A stretch of 64,000 nt of DNA, taken from assembly GCA_040954595.2 (NCBI GenBank), contig CM082587.2, positions 340,617 to 404,616 on the forward strand, given 5' to 3'. Shown piece by piece: positions 40,901 to 55,210 of the stretch. Each line of letters begins with the position of its first letter. Position 1 is the stretch's first letter. The notes beneath the pieces were generated by a model that ran no database searches, had not been told where the DNA came from, and saw nothing but the letters and a program-made list of their open reading frames with translations. This stretch comes from Balanoglossus misakiensis (lineage: Eukaryota > Animalia > Hemichordata). The translations under genes and the position numbers were made by a program.

Positions 40901-42073
40901 TGTGCTGTGCTGTGTTGTGCATTTACGTTTCGTTGCATCGTGTACTTGTAGGGGGCATGCTTGGAGAACACGTGCTTGAATGGAGGCGTCTGCGAAGAGG
41001 AATGTAACGTGGACGGATTTGTTTGCATGTGTCCTCCACATGCAACTGGTATCCACTGTGAACTAGGTATGTTATGTGATTGATTGATTGATTAATTGAT
41101 TGATTGATTCATCGATTGCACCTAAAACTTGACTACTAGACTGTCGACGTGCAGTGAACATCACATCACATGCCGTACACACGCTGTCTACATCAATAAT
41201 TCCCTCTCTCTTTCTCTCCCTTCCTCTCTTCCCCCCTCTTTCACCTCTCTCTTCCCCCCTCTCTCATTTCTTATTTTAGTATTATGTCCTGTAGGATGGG
41301 TGTATTTCTCAAACTCCTGCTACCACTTTGCAACAAACAGGAAAACCTGGATAAATGCCAGGTCCCATTGCCAAACTCTCGGCGCCGATTTGACAATCAT
41401 TAACAGCACAAAGGAACACCAATTTCAGGGAAACCGGATAAGTAAACTCGATCGACCAATCCCGCCATGTGACCCGATTTTCAATTGCCATCTTTGGATA
41501 GGGCTCAAGAACACGGTGAGTACAATGTCCATCGCAATGTAAAGGCTTAGGTAGAGAACATTGAAATATTCAATATAATTATACTGTTGTGTGGCTTTTA
41601 GCAGGCGTTTTGAATGTCAAATATCGGTAAAGAAATAAATTGTTAGTTTTTAACGTCACGTGGTGTTTATTAAAACAAAAAGATAATTTATTACATAATT
41701 TGCACAATGTTAATGGTATACGGCCACCCATGCAAATTTAGCCACTGTTATCAAGAAAAACTGAAATATAGACAATCACATATTTAGACACTTAGACTTG
41801 CCCTTTTGGCTATATAAAGGCATATTTAAAGTAGAGATAATCTTTAACCAGGTGTTCCTGTATCATTGATTTTTTTGACAGCCTGTGAGTGTTCTCAGAT
41901 GGGTTGATGGTTCCGGCATAGAGGAGTTTACTGCATGGAAACCCGGCGAACCAAACAACCCAAGTAAAACACAGTGCGTTGAAGTACAATCTAATAATAA
42001 CTTGTGGAATGACCACGGATGTAATTCAAAGCGACGTTACATTTGTGAAAAAGACTCGTTTATTCAACTATGA
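37927..42073 (+). CDS. Secreted EGF-like + C-type lectin domain protein (EPN/WND, mannose-type motif)
   Basis: Signal-peptide exon 37927-38028; EGF exon 40952-41066 (CLENTCLNGGVC...FVCMCPPHATGIHCEL); CTLD exons ~41280-41515 (CPVGWVYFSNSCYHF...WIGL) and 41882-42073 (WKPGEPNN...LWNDHGC...YICEK). Splice phases are compatible. Further exons in 39.4-40.0 kb are possible. Confidence 0.82.
41077..41110. repeat. (GATT)n microsatellite
   Basis: TGATTGATTGATTGATTAATTGATTGATTGATT in an intron. Confidence 0.85.
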
Positions 42074-42184
42074 ATGAATGAGCGAACGAACGAACGAACG
42101 AATGAATGAATGAATGAATGAATGAATGAACGAACGAACGAACGAATGAACGAACGAATGAATGAATGAATGAATGAATGAATC
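42070..42184. repeat. Compound (GAAT)n/(GAAC)n microsatellite
   Basis: Alternating blocks of GAAT and GAAC tetramers begin at the lectin stop codon. Confidence 0.95.
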
Positions 42185-43372
42185 CATGACAAGTTATTTA
42201 GACGGTTGCTCTATAGATCGATCGTCGATCCATTAATATATTAATATATGTATTTTCTGAAGAAACATTAAGAATGATTTCCCATGTAATTTTATTATTT
42301 GAATTTATATATCTGTCTTTTTCAGGCGTTCAGGAACAATAGTATGTGAAAAAAACATTTATATATACTTCAATCCATCACCAGCGTCATAGTTAATTAA
42401 GATCTGCCCCCTCCCTCCCATGTTCCCACGCTGATCTAATCTGGTCAACCATCAGAACATTTGCGCTTGAATATTCCCTTATTTCAACCATATCCACCCC
42501 CCCCCCCCTCCCTCATGTTAGACATCTTAGTATAAGAGAAACAACAGCTTCTTATATATTTTTCTCTGAAACGGATTTCCAAAATAATGATAATGTGGCA
42601 TTCAATTTCCTAGGTTATTCTTCACGCATATAGAATTACAAGATTAAACTCTACGCATCACCTTGACATGTAAACTCAAATCTCCGTATTTATCTTAGAT
42701 ACATCCGTTCAAACCTTTCAATTTTCGGAAATTAAAACAAGTCACTCTGTTCAATTAGAAGGCGTTATTTTGTATTATTGAGATGCTTATTTGTTGTCAT
42801 GGGAACCTGAGCTAACTTTGCATATACCAAGTTTAAGTATTCGTGTTTTTAAAAACATTATGATTCGTTTTTGCTCAATAAAAAGACATTCCGAATATAA
42901 TAACCACATAAGTTGCAGCCACTAGATGTTTTGCCCTATAGGCAAAAATCCTGACCATAAATCCGATAATTCAGTTTAATCATTATTCTTTGGAACTTGA
43001 AATAGTTTGTTGAGGTCACGAATAAAGCGGCTTACAACTGCCAGGTTCTTGTGGCAATGAAAAGTGGATTTGAACTTAATAAAGCGTACACAACAACAGA
43101 ATCAAATCACTGTCAAACTCATTTCCTTCTGCTAATAACATTGACAAACAGTCTGACCATGTAGACAGTCATTGCGATATCCAGCTTTTGTCTCACTAAT
43201 GCGTAAAGTAAGTTTTTTATCAGACACTTTGATGAATTGAACGCAGAACATGTAAAATAAAAAGCCTACTAGAATATCATATAACATTACCGAGGAAGAA
43301 AAAAAATGAAGGCAAACGTCGTTAAAAGAAAATATATTACTCCTTTTCGGCAAAGCAATGTAGCACAGATCG

Positions 43373-43535
43373 TTGACACTTAAATACAAAGGGTCGTTGG
43401 CTACTCCATGTTGGAAGTTGTACATAAATGTGTTGTGGGGCGCTGGCAGTAATTTACCTGCTATGACCTTTGTAAACATTTGCATAACAGCGTCCTCCGT
43501 GACCTGAGATCCGACCCTTTGTATTTAAGTGTCAA
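43373..43535. mobile_element. 163-bp MITE-like element with perfect 24-bp terminal inverted repeats
   Basis: TTGACACTTAAATACAAAGGGTCG (43373-43396) and its exact reverse complement CGACCCTTTGTATTTAAGTGTCAA (43512-43535). No clear target-site duplication. Confidence 0.6.
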
Positions 43536-46500
43536 TAAAAGCCTTTCAATGTACCTGGCACTACCAAAGAAAGTACCCAGGCTTGGACTGTTCTATTAAA
43601 CTCTGAGGGAAGTTTATGTAATCTTTCAACTAGTTCAATTTCTACAAACAAATCGCGTGTGGTTAAAATTAAGTCCAGTGGTTGCTGGCCGGAGTTTTTT
43701 TTTTGTCTGGAGTGATAAGAAATGAAATCAAATTTCACATTTGATTTAACGAGGGAAGGTGAATACTTTCGACACCCCTGAAAATAATACCACAGTTTTG
43801 CTGTCTGAACTTGAAATGCGTATCACGTACTCGACGGTTCTGACCATAGGTGCTTGTTTAGGGCGCGGTATTGGATGCAGTTGCTACTAAGCCAGTCGTC
43901 GTGATTGTGGAATATTTTCCCCTGTCTCGGAAAAACATTGACACTGTTTTAATCCAAGCACAAACAGGTAAGTGTTGATTTCAATGACTTCTAAACAGTA
44001 GGATCAACCGCCTACACATAAACACATTTCCATGTTTGATCATTTAACATTTCACTCAGCAAAAAAGCTTATACTGTGGCTAACCTAGTTCAACAGGTTG
44101 GCAGTTCAATGGGGGAACCATCGCTATGCATTGAAATATAGGTGGGGCTGACTATACATGTACACATAAAATCTTAGGTGGGGTCTGCGCGAGGTCTTCG
44201 ACACCAAACGGTCTTCAAACAAACAGAATAGTTGTATTCATTTTGGGTATCTCTACAAGATTGCCGTAAAAGTTAAAAAAAAAAGTTACAGAAGTAGACT
44301 GCTTGATTGATGAGTTCCACACGAATGATTCCCAGGCAATAAATTTACCACAGTGGTCAACTTTAATACCTTGTTGAACTTCTGAGACTTTGTCAATGGC
44401 GGACGCTTTCTGTCTGACCCAAAGTCAATATCTAGTTATTCTGCAAAGTTTGGCCGAACACTACTTCCTGGTGAAATTTCCATTATCCTCACTTCACATG
44501 TTACGCAACATGGATTGAACGCTGGTCTCGTTTGATCGTGCAAGAACATGGCCAATGCAATTCTTTTGACCCATATCGGTTGTTGAAATGATAGCCATTT
44601 CGCTTACAGCTATGGCTCATGTTGTATGCGACTTGAGCATATTCGAGCTTCAGGAAGGTAAACAACTGTCCACGGACGACGTTCTACATAGCCTTATTAA
44701 ATTCTAGCTGAACTGGAACACGGAAGTAAAACTGTGTCGATATTGCCTACTAGTCGTGACGACATATAGCATATGAACCAAATGGTAAAATATGTGAACT
44801 GATAACATATCTGATGACACACAGCAGAACGGTTGAAAGCACATCAGAAAGAAATTTGAAAAATATCTTTCAGTGACGGTACATCATAGACGAATAATAA
44901 ATTATGTCATATACGACCTGTATGAAAGAAAAATGTAACATACATCGTATGGCAATTAACTCTAATGTGTTCCGGCAACGTGTACCTATGCATAATTAAA
45001 GGGTAATATGTGATGGGCGAACACTTAGTAGAAATACGTGGCCCTACTTAAAATATTAAAGTGAAAGTAATTTAAGGAGACTCCCTAAGTAACTTCAAAT
45101 GGTAACGTCTATCGTCAAGGAGGTCTTCATTAATTGATACCTTGATTGCAAACGGGGGAAAGGATTTTTGAGTTTCGAGTTTAGTCTACCGGGCTTCAGC
45201 AATGTGCCACGAACATTGTCCCGTTCTGAACAAACTTGGTAATTCTACGTTATTTAAACACTCTTTTCTTGAGTCCATTTAGACTCCATACTCTTCAAAC
45301 ATCGACGTTTGTCCTGGAAAAATCCAGCTACCACTTAACGATGGTCTTGCATAATCCAATCGCATATCACAGTCTGCTAAGTTAATCTCGTCTGTCTACG
45401 CGCACACACTACAACAGAAGCAACCACAGTGGCAGATGTATTTGCGCTTGATCAGTTATGCGGCAAACTTAAAAAAATAGCGTCAAGGACACTGTGCTCC
45501 CATTTCATCAGTCCGTACATTCAACAAGTGTACATGTGTTAAAATTGGACTCACATCGATCAGTTTCCTATTACTAACATGTTCATATTTGACATGTCAT
45601 AATAAGGACCTCTCAAAGACTATGCAAACCAAATTGCACAGCAATCTGATTAGTGTATTCCGAAAATTAATCCTTTTGGCCAGAAATACCCAAAGTTGCT
45701 TTGAGTTTCCCTAGATCGGCGTTAAATGACACGGTATTCAATCTCAGTCTGAACAAAACCAATATTTCAGGTGTGGTTGAGTTGGTGATTCAATACGAGG
45801 CCTCCTCAAAAGTACATAAAGACACGCCTTTCGTCGAACAATGGTATAAAAATTACCCATTGAAGTCATAATAATGGTTTACATGTAACCCATAGACACG
45901 AGCATCTTGGGTTTTATTTACGCAATAACTGCTTAGTAGCTCATGTGCTAATTTTTGTTTATAGACACCGAACTTGTGAGTCCTTAACTTATCTCCTGGA
46001 TTCCACCGGTTTTTACACAAAACAAATTTATTCCATTCTTCGTGTATCGACTATTGGCAACTGAATGTACTCGGTTGGCTGACCACGGCACTATGGTCTA
46101 ATTGACCCCATGAACTTTCAAATGGTGGGCACTCTTTGTTTAATTGGTCTCGGAAAGTTCAAGGTTTACAGCTTATAATATTATAGCCCTATGAACAGGA
46201 GATATATCTAATAAATGACCGTATATCATTTCTTTCAAAGTTATTTAGGGCCGATTTGTTAAAATTCTAGAGTGCGGCCGGTCGAGGGCAAGTCGCCCTC
46301 AAAAGCTGACGAGGTCCTTACAATATATGCTGGGGCTGTAAAGAATCGGCATTGTCCTTGGGTAAATCCAACCTGTGTAAAGTGGAACCCCGCCTATGCG
46401 CTTTTACAAAAGACCACAGTTTTGCCTTTTATTTGAAGGGATGGACCTCTACGGCCTTCAAGGTCACTGTATATATATATTTGACCATGCCACAGATTTG

Positions 46501-47133
46501 GACAGAAATAGAAAGGAAAGAATCAAAGGCTGCTCGTGCATTAATTGGACAAAGTATCCAAAGTTGTAATGTTTGATGGAATAATTAAATCTGTTTTTTT
46601 TTTATGGTGGTGCTACCCACCAAGAAAGAAAGCAGACTGCAAGGATAGGAATGTCACGTTTCTGGTCGTTTTTAAACTCAATTACATAAACGGTCCATTA
46701 AACAGAAAATAATAAATAAAGAGAAACGTAACCATAACAATTGAAACCGAAGTCTTTAAACAGGCGTTAACGCCCTTTTGGACACTTGGACAGTGTTTAC
46801 CGAAGGCTGACGCCGTATGCCTATTACAATATCGATGCAGTCCGAAAGATGACCGCGCCTTATTTGTTAAGGAGGTCGTTTATCCCAACCTTCGCCGGAC
46901 ACAATTTCACATGACAACAGCTGCGTATAAAGGACAGAAAGTGTGACACGTAAATATTGACTAATTCTTTGAAATTCAATGGTATGACGTCTACTCTTAT
47001 GGGTCTCAGTGCAATAATGCAAAATGTCGCCTAACATGATACACGCCCATTTCACCTTTGCATTTCAGAAAACTGAATACCACCGTTTATGATTGTTCTC
47101 TAACGTTGTTGGGCAACACCTTCAACTGCCAAG

Positions 47134-50100
47134 ATGGATAACGGGGCAATCAGCAATCGGTGAGTCTTCTCAGATCTTCACATTCTCAGTGAATGAGAAA
47201 TGAAAACTTGACCTCTGTGATTAACGATCATGGCTGTTGTTAATCTAAGTTTAAATGACCCTCAAATAACACACAATAAACTCAATGACCTAAATTAAAC
47301 TTTTAACCACGACATACTGGGCCATTTCCTCTGTTTTTCGGAATCAAAGTAGAATTTCAAAACATAAGCTAACCATTGCTGTAAATATAACTTCAATGTC
47401 GATCCTACAACGCATGTTTCGAAACTTCTCTTTTCAGAACCGACGATTCATGTTTACCAATACTCGACCGAGAATGGTTCTACATATGGATGCTCATACC
47501 ATCGGTAGGTGGCTCCCTTTAACAAGCCATGCCATGCCAGTTGTCATGGAAACATCTCAAATCATGAATCCAGATTTATCCGAAAGCGTTCTTAGATCAC
47601 AATGTATAAAATGATTTCCAAGTAGAAAAAGTGCCTCGGTTTTTACTTGTCTTACATACTTTTATACACTTCACCGTTCTAACAGAGACTGACGTTTGCC
47701 TATTTTTCAGGTGGTAGCCATTTTTATCGTCATGCTTCTACAGAGAAGAAATCAGATGGCCTTGGGTTGTTGCTACGGACGACCTTCACTGGCATAGTAA
47801 GTGGTTGTGACAAAAATAGCCAAAAATAAGACTGAAATTCTTTTGTCATACCGCAGTGGAAAATTCTTTAAACGAGCATGCAGTACAGCTCAGATTCTGC
47901 AGCAGTGATGCACGTCTTATTCTAAAGCAACATTTTGTTTCTGTTTCGACAGTGTTGGAAATTTACTCGACGGCAGAACACATCGCATAGCCTATGCAGC
48001 ATCGTTCGGTTTGGTGGCGTCATCCCTCCTTAATTTATTCTACGGATTCTTTCCATTTCCACAAAATTTGTGGATGAAAGATGATTTGTGGGTGCCCGGT
48101 AAGTCATTACTTTTGTTGAAATCTGATGCTGCACTGCACTATTGCCCAGCAGTTAATTCACACTGTGATTTACATCATTTCCAATTTCAGTAAAACTTTT
48201 TTCGTTTCTTTTATTTCAGCGTTGTGGGGTGTCTTAGCTGTGATTGTATACGCCGTGGATTTCTTTCCTTTGTTTTCATGTATAACGTTGGCGGCGTCTG
48301 GTGTGGGATTCGGCTATTTCATGGGGGCGTTTTTTGCATGGGCGTGGCTGGCTTCTCTCTTGGATGAATTCTTCGAGTGTAAGACTTACAAAAATATCGT
48401 GAGTATATCTTTCTATGTTATGCCGTTTTCTTCCCGGGACAGAAAGTCAGGCAGGCAGTCAACATTGTTGAGTTTGACATTTTTTGATACGGCCATGTGT
48501 AACACATTCAGCCATAGCACGCCTCCAAAGTTCTAATGTCACCAAGAGTGACCACTGTCGCTATAGCAACCACTGGAGTTCCAGTGGCGGTAATAACGCG
48601 AATGAATTCATCCGAGAAAACTTGACATCCCGTTTCAATAGACTTCAATTGTCCGTGTTGCACTAATCTGGCAGACAGACGGTTTCTCACGACTACAGAG
48701 GAGCTGCGTGCCTCTTGATTAGTCATGCGTTAGGGTCTCGACATTTCATGTTGTCTCTTAGAAACAACGAGCTGGAAAATTCTCAATACTTGAGCATAAA
48801 TTAGATTCGGATCGGTGAGATTCCCAAGAAGATGAATCTAATTCTGTGAATTATGGAAGTTTATTGACAAGAATTCTACTACAAATATTATTTTGGCAGG
48901 ACCCGGCCGAGTTTTTGATCATCTTTGACATGCCCTCGTTGATCTGTGCAGCATTCTTGTCAATCTGGTTCCCCATCGGTTTGTTTATGTCAATGTGTGA
49001 TTGCCGCGGTAATAGAGCTCAGGTGAGTCGTTATTCGTCATTATCAATCCAAATTAAGATTTTGTCACTTTGACATGTGAAAGGGAATCAGAGGGCTGGT
49101 CTACGAAGAACTTGTGTATGTCATGCATACCAGTTCAGATCAGATATTTCCCCGTTACTGGATTAGTTGAAAACAGCTCAATTATGACCCAGAATGTTTC
49201 ACCTTTATATTTTCAGCTGGCCCCTTGGTACGACAGATTGTCTTCGCGAGCATTTCAAAGCAAAAAGAGACGGTGAGTGGATTGGTTGTCAATTATTGTA
49301 GATGATTCTCAACCACGGGGATTTACTGTACTTCAAAAAAGTTGAAATAATTGTAATGCGTGATAAATGTGAATACCTATACTACATCTAACTAAACTTA
49401 ATTTACCCTCAAAATCTTAGCGATGGAATCGGGGTTGCAGAAGCCTGCAAGAGTGTCTGTTACATTGGAATACCCGGTGAGTATCATGTATGGGGAAATT
49501 GTTATCTGGTTGTATCAATACTTGGCTGGGTGTCTAAAATAGCTGCTGATAAATAGCTCATAAGTTTTTCAATGGCGACCGTTAAAAGTGATTAAGATTG
49601 GCCGTTCGCATAGCGACTCGTTCGACAGGTGTATGCTGACATTCTCGGGTTTGTTTGTTTCCTAGGGTTCCGTTACTCCACTGTGATGATCTCCACCGTG
49701 TTTGTTGCCTTCTGCATTCTGTACAAGGTGAGAATCTTATTGTTTATGTTAAATAAGGAGCACCCTTACATATTCATTTAAACGAATCAGTGTTTACCTA
49801 ATTAAATATTTATCTAATTTAATAACTATTTTCTTTCCAGATTTATTGCGTGTGTATGGTTTATTTGATCCCGGTATTCACGACCATACACATTCCCACC
49901 CCGGGAGAGGTCAACAATACCCTGTATTTCCTGGGATTACAGGACTTTTATCCTAAGGAAAATTCCACTGTTGTAGCTGAGAGGATAAGGATGTATTTTG
50001 ACGTCATGGAAGGTAATGGCAAACACGAATGGATGGCTGGATGGATGAATGGATGGATGGAAGGAAGGAAGGGTGGGTGGGTTGATGGATGGATGGATGA

Positions 50101-53100
50101 TGGTTCTTTCAGTCATATTTATACAATAACCGTCGTTTTTTTTCTCTAAACACACAGCATGTTTGATAGTCTCATTGACAGTGGCGTTTGCTGTATGCAC
50201 CTTCACCCTTGGCTTCATTCTGTCAAACTACAGGTGAGTTCAATACTAGACTTGTTGAAACATTCCCTAATATCTCGGACATGTCAACATGTTTTGCCAA
50301 CGCTGCGCTTTACTGCAAATGTTATAAACATGGGTGTTACACGTTTCGGGGTGTATAAGCGTATATATTATTCACAATTTAAACTGTTGTTTTCAGGGCT
50401 AACATTCTGGCAATGTACAAAGGCATTCGTCTTGTTCTGCCACCTAAGCTGGCAAGAAGATCGCCGGGATCATATGCCGTGAGTACCATAGTATACTGAC
50501 GTACAAAAATGACAGCAAAATGTTACTTACAGTTGAAGATGTCCGCAATGGGAGCCGCAAGCCAGTAGAAAAGACACCCTCGATTTTCATGACCGACAGT
50601 TTATGTACATCATCTTAAATGAGGCTCCCAAAATCTTGGAAAATCCCGTCCATGTCCTCCAAGTCATGACCTTCACATTCACTTGGTTGTCGGAAATTGC
50701 TCTGGGTAATAAAGAGGTCGTTCTCGTCGCTACTTTCAACCATGATGGTTGTACGTCAAAGATTTAGTTTCGAATGATGGAAACGTGGCACCTCACTGAC
50801 CATCTGACAATGCGCGTGCTCACAACTATCCAATCGAAATGTGTCGTTAACCAGGTGCATTTTGTGAAGCTTGTGATTGGTTGATGTGATTGGGAAGTTG
50901 ATTAGCATACCAAGATCACAGGTGTTGTCGTAATGCTACGTGTTGTAAACAGGATAATGTACTCTTGTCGTACAATCTTTCAGATATCAAACTCTACTCG
51001 TGTCGTTCGATGTATGACGATTGCACTCCACTCGAACATTGTCCTTTATTGGGAAATAATCAATTTATTTTTAATATTCTTCATTCAGGAAGCCAGTATG
51101 AAATATTTTGGATATCAGACCATTTTCATCGCTTTTGGTAAGTTTGGCACGACCTGAGAACTGTTTGTGCGACACTGACATGAGTTATGATGTGTGTTAC
51201 ACGTACATGTATACGACTCGAAGTCTATATTACGACCCCCCCCCCCCCCGGTATTACTCCAGTCTGAGGCGACACTCTCCTGTTGACAAAATTTGCAAGA
51301 GACCAGTTGTTGCTGTTGTTGTTGTTGTTGACACTTACCAATCATTTCATCTTCCACAGGATTTTTTGTGCAGTCGTTGGTTTTATTCGTTCTTGCTGTC
51401 CTCCTGGCATTTGTCTTCTTCATCCCTGTCATCTACGGTTATGGCTTGGAGATCTTGCTGAAACTGTGCTTCACTGCAGGGTAAGTTGCAAATAGTGAAG
51501 ATATCCATGAGATCATCAGTTACCGACAGTTGACAATAAGTGGATAACTAGTGAAATGCAAATGTTATACAGTTCACTTGTTGTGCTGCCTTCCAATAGA
51601 CCATATTCCGAATCCTACGAGACCTGCGAGAATTCGCCAGGCTAGGAAAAGTCAAGCATACTCAACAGGAAAAGTGTACCTCTCTCCAGCATCTACAAAT
51701 CAACATATTAACATATGGGTATTTTTCATCACTTTTGACAAGTGTCAACTAATCTCGTTATATGTTTGATGTTTACAGACCCTGGATTGGACTGGCCATT
51801 ATCATCCTGGCTACACAGGCTTGGTCGGCGTACGAGTTCTTTATCCTTAAGTATCAGAACATGCCAACCATCGCCATAAACAACCGGTATGAGACTTTTA
51901 ATTGTGATCGAGTTCAAATTCTATCATTTTCACCTGCCGAAAAGATTGAGTCCTAAATAAGTCCCGTGTTCTGTGTGTCCTAAATAACACAACACAACAC
52001 CGTAACACAACACAAAACAACACAGGTGTACAACTAATAAAATATTTTGTTATTTCATTTCAGGAGGTCCTACTACAACTGCTGGTACTTAATGTTTTTC
52101 TTTGAATTTTTCTGGGCGTGGATTGTGGCAATATTCCGAATGATTCAAAGTATCTTCTTTGGCTGTATACTGATTTCACGGTGTGATCTCAGTATGTTAA
52201 ACTGGCGTTTCGAACACCAAGATGTCGGTGAGTATCTAAACCGCAATACATTTAGGTGAGGGCATTGCAATATATGTTGTGTGTGCTGTCTCTGGAACCG
52301 CGCACTTATGCAGATAGACAGGCAGGTGGACAGAGAGGCAGACTAATTATGACATTTAACACAAAAGCTATGCAAACACTTAACCATGTTCTTTGTATCA
52401 TTCATGCAGCTTTACAATCATATGTTGGTATGCTACAAGTGGAAGTTGCCCATTCTCACCCAGTTCTACTGAGTTTCTGCAAGATACTCCTTCGTCCAGC
52501 TTCGGCCAGATGGAGGAACCGAATGCTGAAGCCGGACGTTGAGTCTGGTAAGCTTATGTTTTAAACCTGTTCACCGCAAGAATATTTTCTAGATTCGAGT
52601 TGACCAACAGACGAATTTGACCAACCGTTATTGACTTATTTAGCCCGATTACATCTAAGATATGTATGACCAATCACCGATCAAGATAAAAAAAGACAAT
52701 TTTTACAGGTCTTCGTATTGTCTCAGTGACGTGTGCTGCGCCTTGCAAATAAAATATCACGCGATGATGACTCCCAAAAGTAAAAGATTTGTGTGTATGC
52801 TTTTTTGACGCAGGTGATGATACCGACAGTTTGAAGAGAAACCTGATGAAAAAGAGAAAACTGATCAGAAACCGTTGGTTCATGGCGTACACTCTTTTCT
52901 GGAACCCAAATCTGAAACATCTGCGCAAACAACGAATCAAATACCGTAATGAGCGCAGAAAGGGAGCGCCCAAAACTACTACCATGGCAACCCAAACACC
53001 GCGCCACATCGCAATACAGACCAAACCAGAAGAACTACTGCTGAACGAATACTACCCCGATCACCGAATCAAAAATCAAGAGTTTGAACACGACTTCAAT

Positions 53101-53127
53101 GACGTCAATGTCACTTACGCCGATTGA
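47134..53127 (+). CDS. STRA6-like multi-pass membrane receptor (STRA6/STRA6L family)
   Basis: About 18 exons, ~47134-47159, 47438-47504, 47711-47796, 47953-48098, 48220-48398, 48900-49023 through 52410-52548, 52814-53127. Motifs: [54 protein letters not shown], and C-terminal [21 protein letters not shown] matching the STRA6 calmodulin-binding region. A probable non-coding upstream exon ends ~43967. Confidence 0.88.
50029..50101. repeat. (GGAT/GGAA)n microsatellite
   Basis: Imperfect GGAT tetramer run in a STRA6-like intron. Confidence 0.85.
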
Positions 53128-55210
53128 AGAATATAGCAACCAGCTGGAAGGCGACGCAGTCAATATTTTAATTACTCACTTGTAATTTCGGAAGACGATA
53201 GTGAAACTGTGGTGAAATGAATATGTTTTAATCTTATAAATTTGTTACAACTAATTCTGACACTCATTAGGTAAGATAGAAATTCAAAGTGATTCGTATA
53301 ACTCTAGCCTAATAGCCTGGAAATTGTTTCAAAGATTTTAATATTATGTGTGAATTAACATTTTCATTGGTTTCTCTTGGAATTGTCCTGCCTTATTGTA
53401 TTTGAGCAAATCATCCGCAACAAGGTTTAACATTTTGTAATTTTAAACACAAACATTCTACTAAAACTTCCAACTGTATCTTTCTACACGTTCTGGTTTT
53501 CAGACAGAACTTCATATTTACGTTTTGTATGTTTTTGTATCATTTTAAACTTTCCTTTTTTCTGTAGAATGATAGGCCATTCAATTAACTGAACATGTTT
53601 ATTGATATTTAACGAGTTGGTGTAATATTTATACATTTTATATGTCGTCATATCATAAATTCTTTGGTTATCATCAAGTATATCACTATTTAACCTTAAC
53701 TTTCGGCCAGTTCATCGCTCCCAAGTTCACAGTCGCCTATTCATTGTTTGTGCCCTCTTCACAGGGGAAAATTATTGGATCTTGAGGTATTTCGCCCAGC
53801 ACTTTAAAATTATTATTTTGTTTTTACATTAATTGAGGCGTAGATTTTGCACTCGTCTACTATCAAGAGCACGCTCACTTTGAGTTCGTGGGATTTGTCT
53901 CTCAGTTCCAGTAGGATTACATAAAAATATGAAGCTACTTGGCTTAACAGTTAAGCTACGATTTTATCAGCATTTTCGCCCACCTTTCCAAAATAAGTAA
54001 ATATTTACGTATTGTTATAAAGTTACTGAAAACGTTTAGATGTTTGCATTTTATCAATACTCCATAAATTGAAAATACGTTATCAATGAAGTCAACGTTA
54101 ACCATTTAATGTCATTTTTGAATATTTTCTCGCCAAAATTTCAAAGAAATTCTTTTGTTCTTTCGTTTACCTGCTATTATTTTGTTAGATCACCATTTTG
54201 AATGGTTATTCTTTTTGTTTGTCTGCATATAATATCTGTACAGAAATCGAGACTGATAACTAACTGCACCCATGATGAGTCACGTGACCTTGCTGTAATT
54301 TGTACGTTTATCAACATAGGTAAAATATTATTCGCAATTAGATGCTCAAAGAATGTTGTTGATTTTTGTACCAATGAACATTTTTATTGAATAATTTGTA
54401 TGAACTCATATCAGGAAAATTTGACATTTTAAACAAATATCGCAAAGTATAGAAAGTATATTTTCAGAATATTTTAGTGTTGTAAAGATAGAAAAGTTGA
54501 TTAAGCGCCATTAAAGCCATTGAGGTTTTCTGTCTTACTTTTAAGTTGAGAATATCGAAATGCCAGTTTTTGCAAACACTGGCTGATGTAGTTTTCTCAT
54601 GAATTCATAAGTTATTGCCATTATTAATGGTAACAGCAATTTACAACCATCGCGGCAATTTTTGACGTTTCAAGCCTATACATATTAGAGTCTGCAGCTC
54701 CATCGATCTGTCGCTTTTAGCATATTTCAAATATTTCAATCTTCTCATTTTCTTAATTGGCCAACGGATGACACAATTGGAACAAGTGACGCAAAGGTTC
54801 TAATACGCATGTGCACATATCACGAAAGCCACGAGTGCGACACCCATTTTAAGTAAACCACAATTAGAAGTTGAGAAAACCTTTTGCGTATACTCATCAG
54901 TAAAATCTAAAGAAAACAAAAATGAAATGATGCCAAACGTGGCATCTCATGGGGCTTTCAATTGGACTGTTCGATTCCAGTTAAGACTACCCCAAAAATG
55001 CACCCATGACTCAGTTCGTTGTTGTTTTCACCGAAATGAAATAAAATATTTCAATACATGTATTGCACACTTATTTGTATTTTCCTTTGAATCTCTGGGT
55101 TAGTCACGTGGTTGGTTGAAGATACATCTGCCAGTTGTAAGTTGAACAGACTCTTTTTGTAAGATAACAGTACTTCGTGTAGTTATTTTTACGTCTAGAG
55201 CAGTAGAATA

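Noticed and set aside
44000-47000. Long non-coding stretch with repeat-like fragments upstream of the STRA6-like coding exons
   Set aside because: No convincing ORF, TIR pair or RNA gene found by eye; probably 5' UTR intron with old repeat debris.
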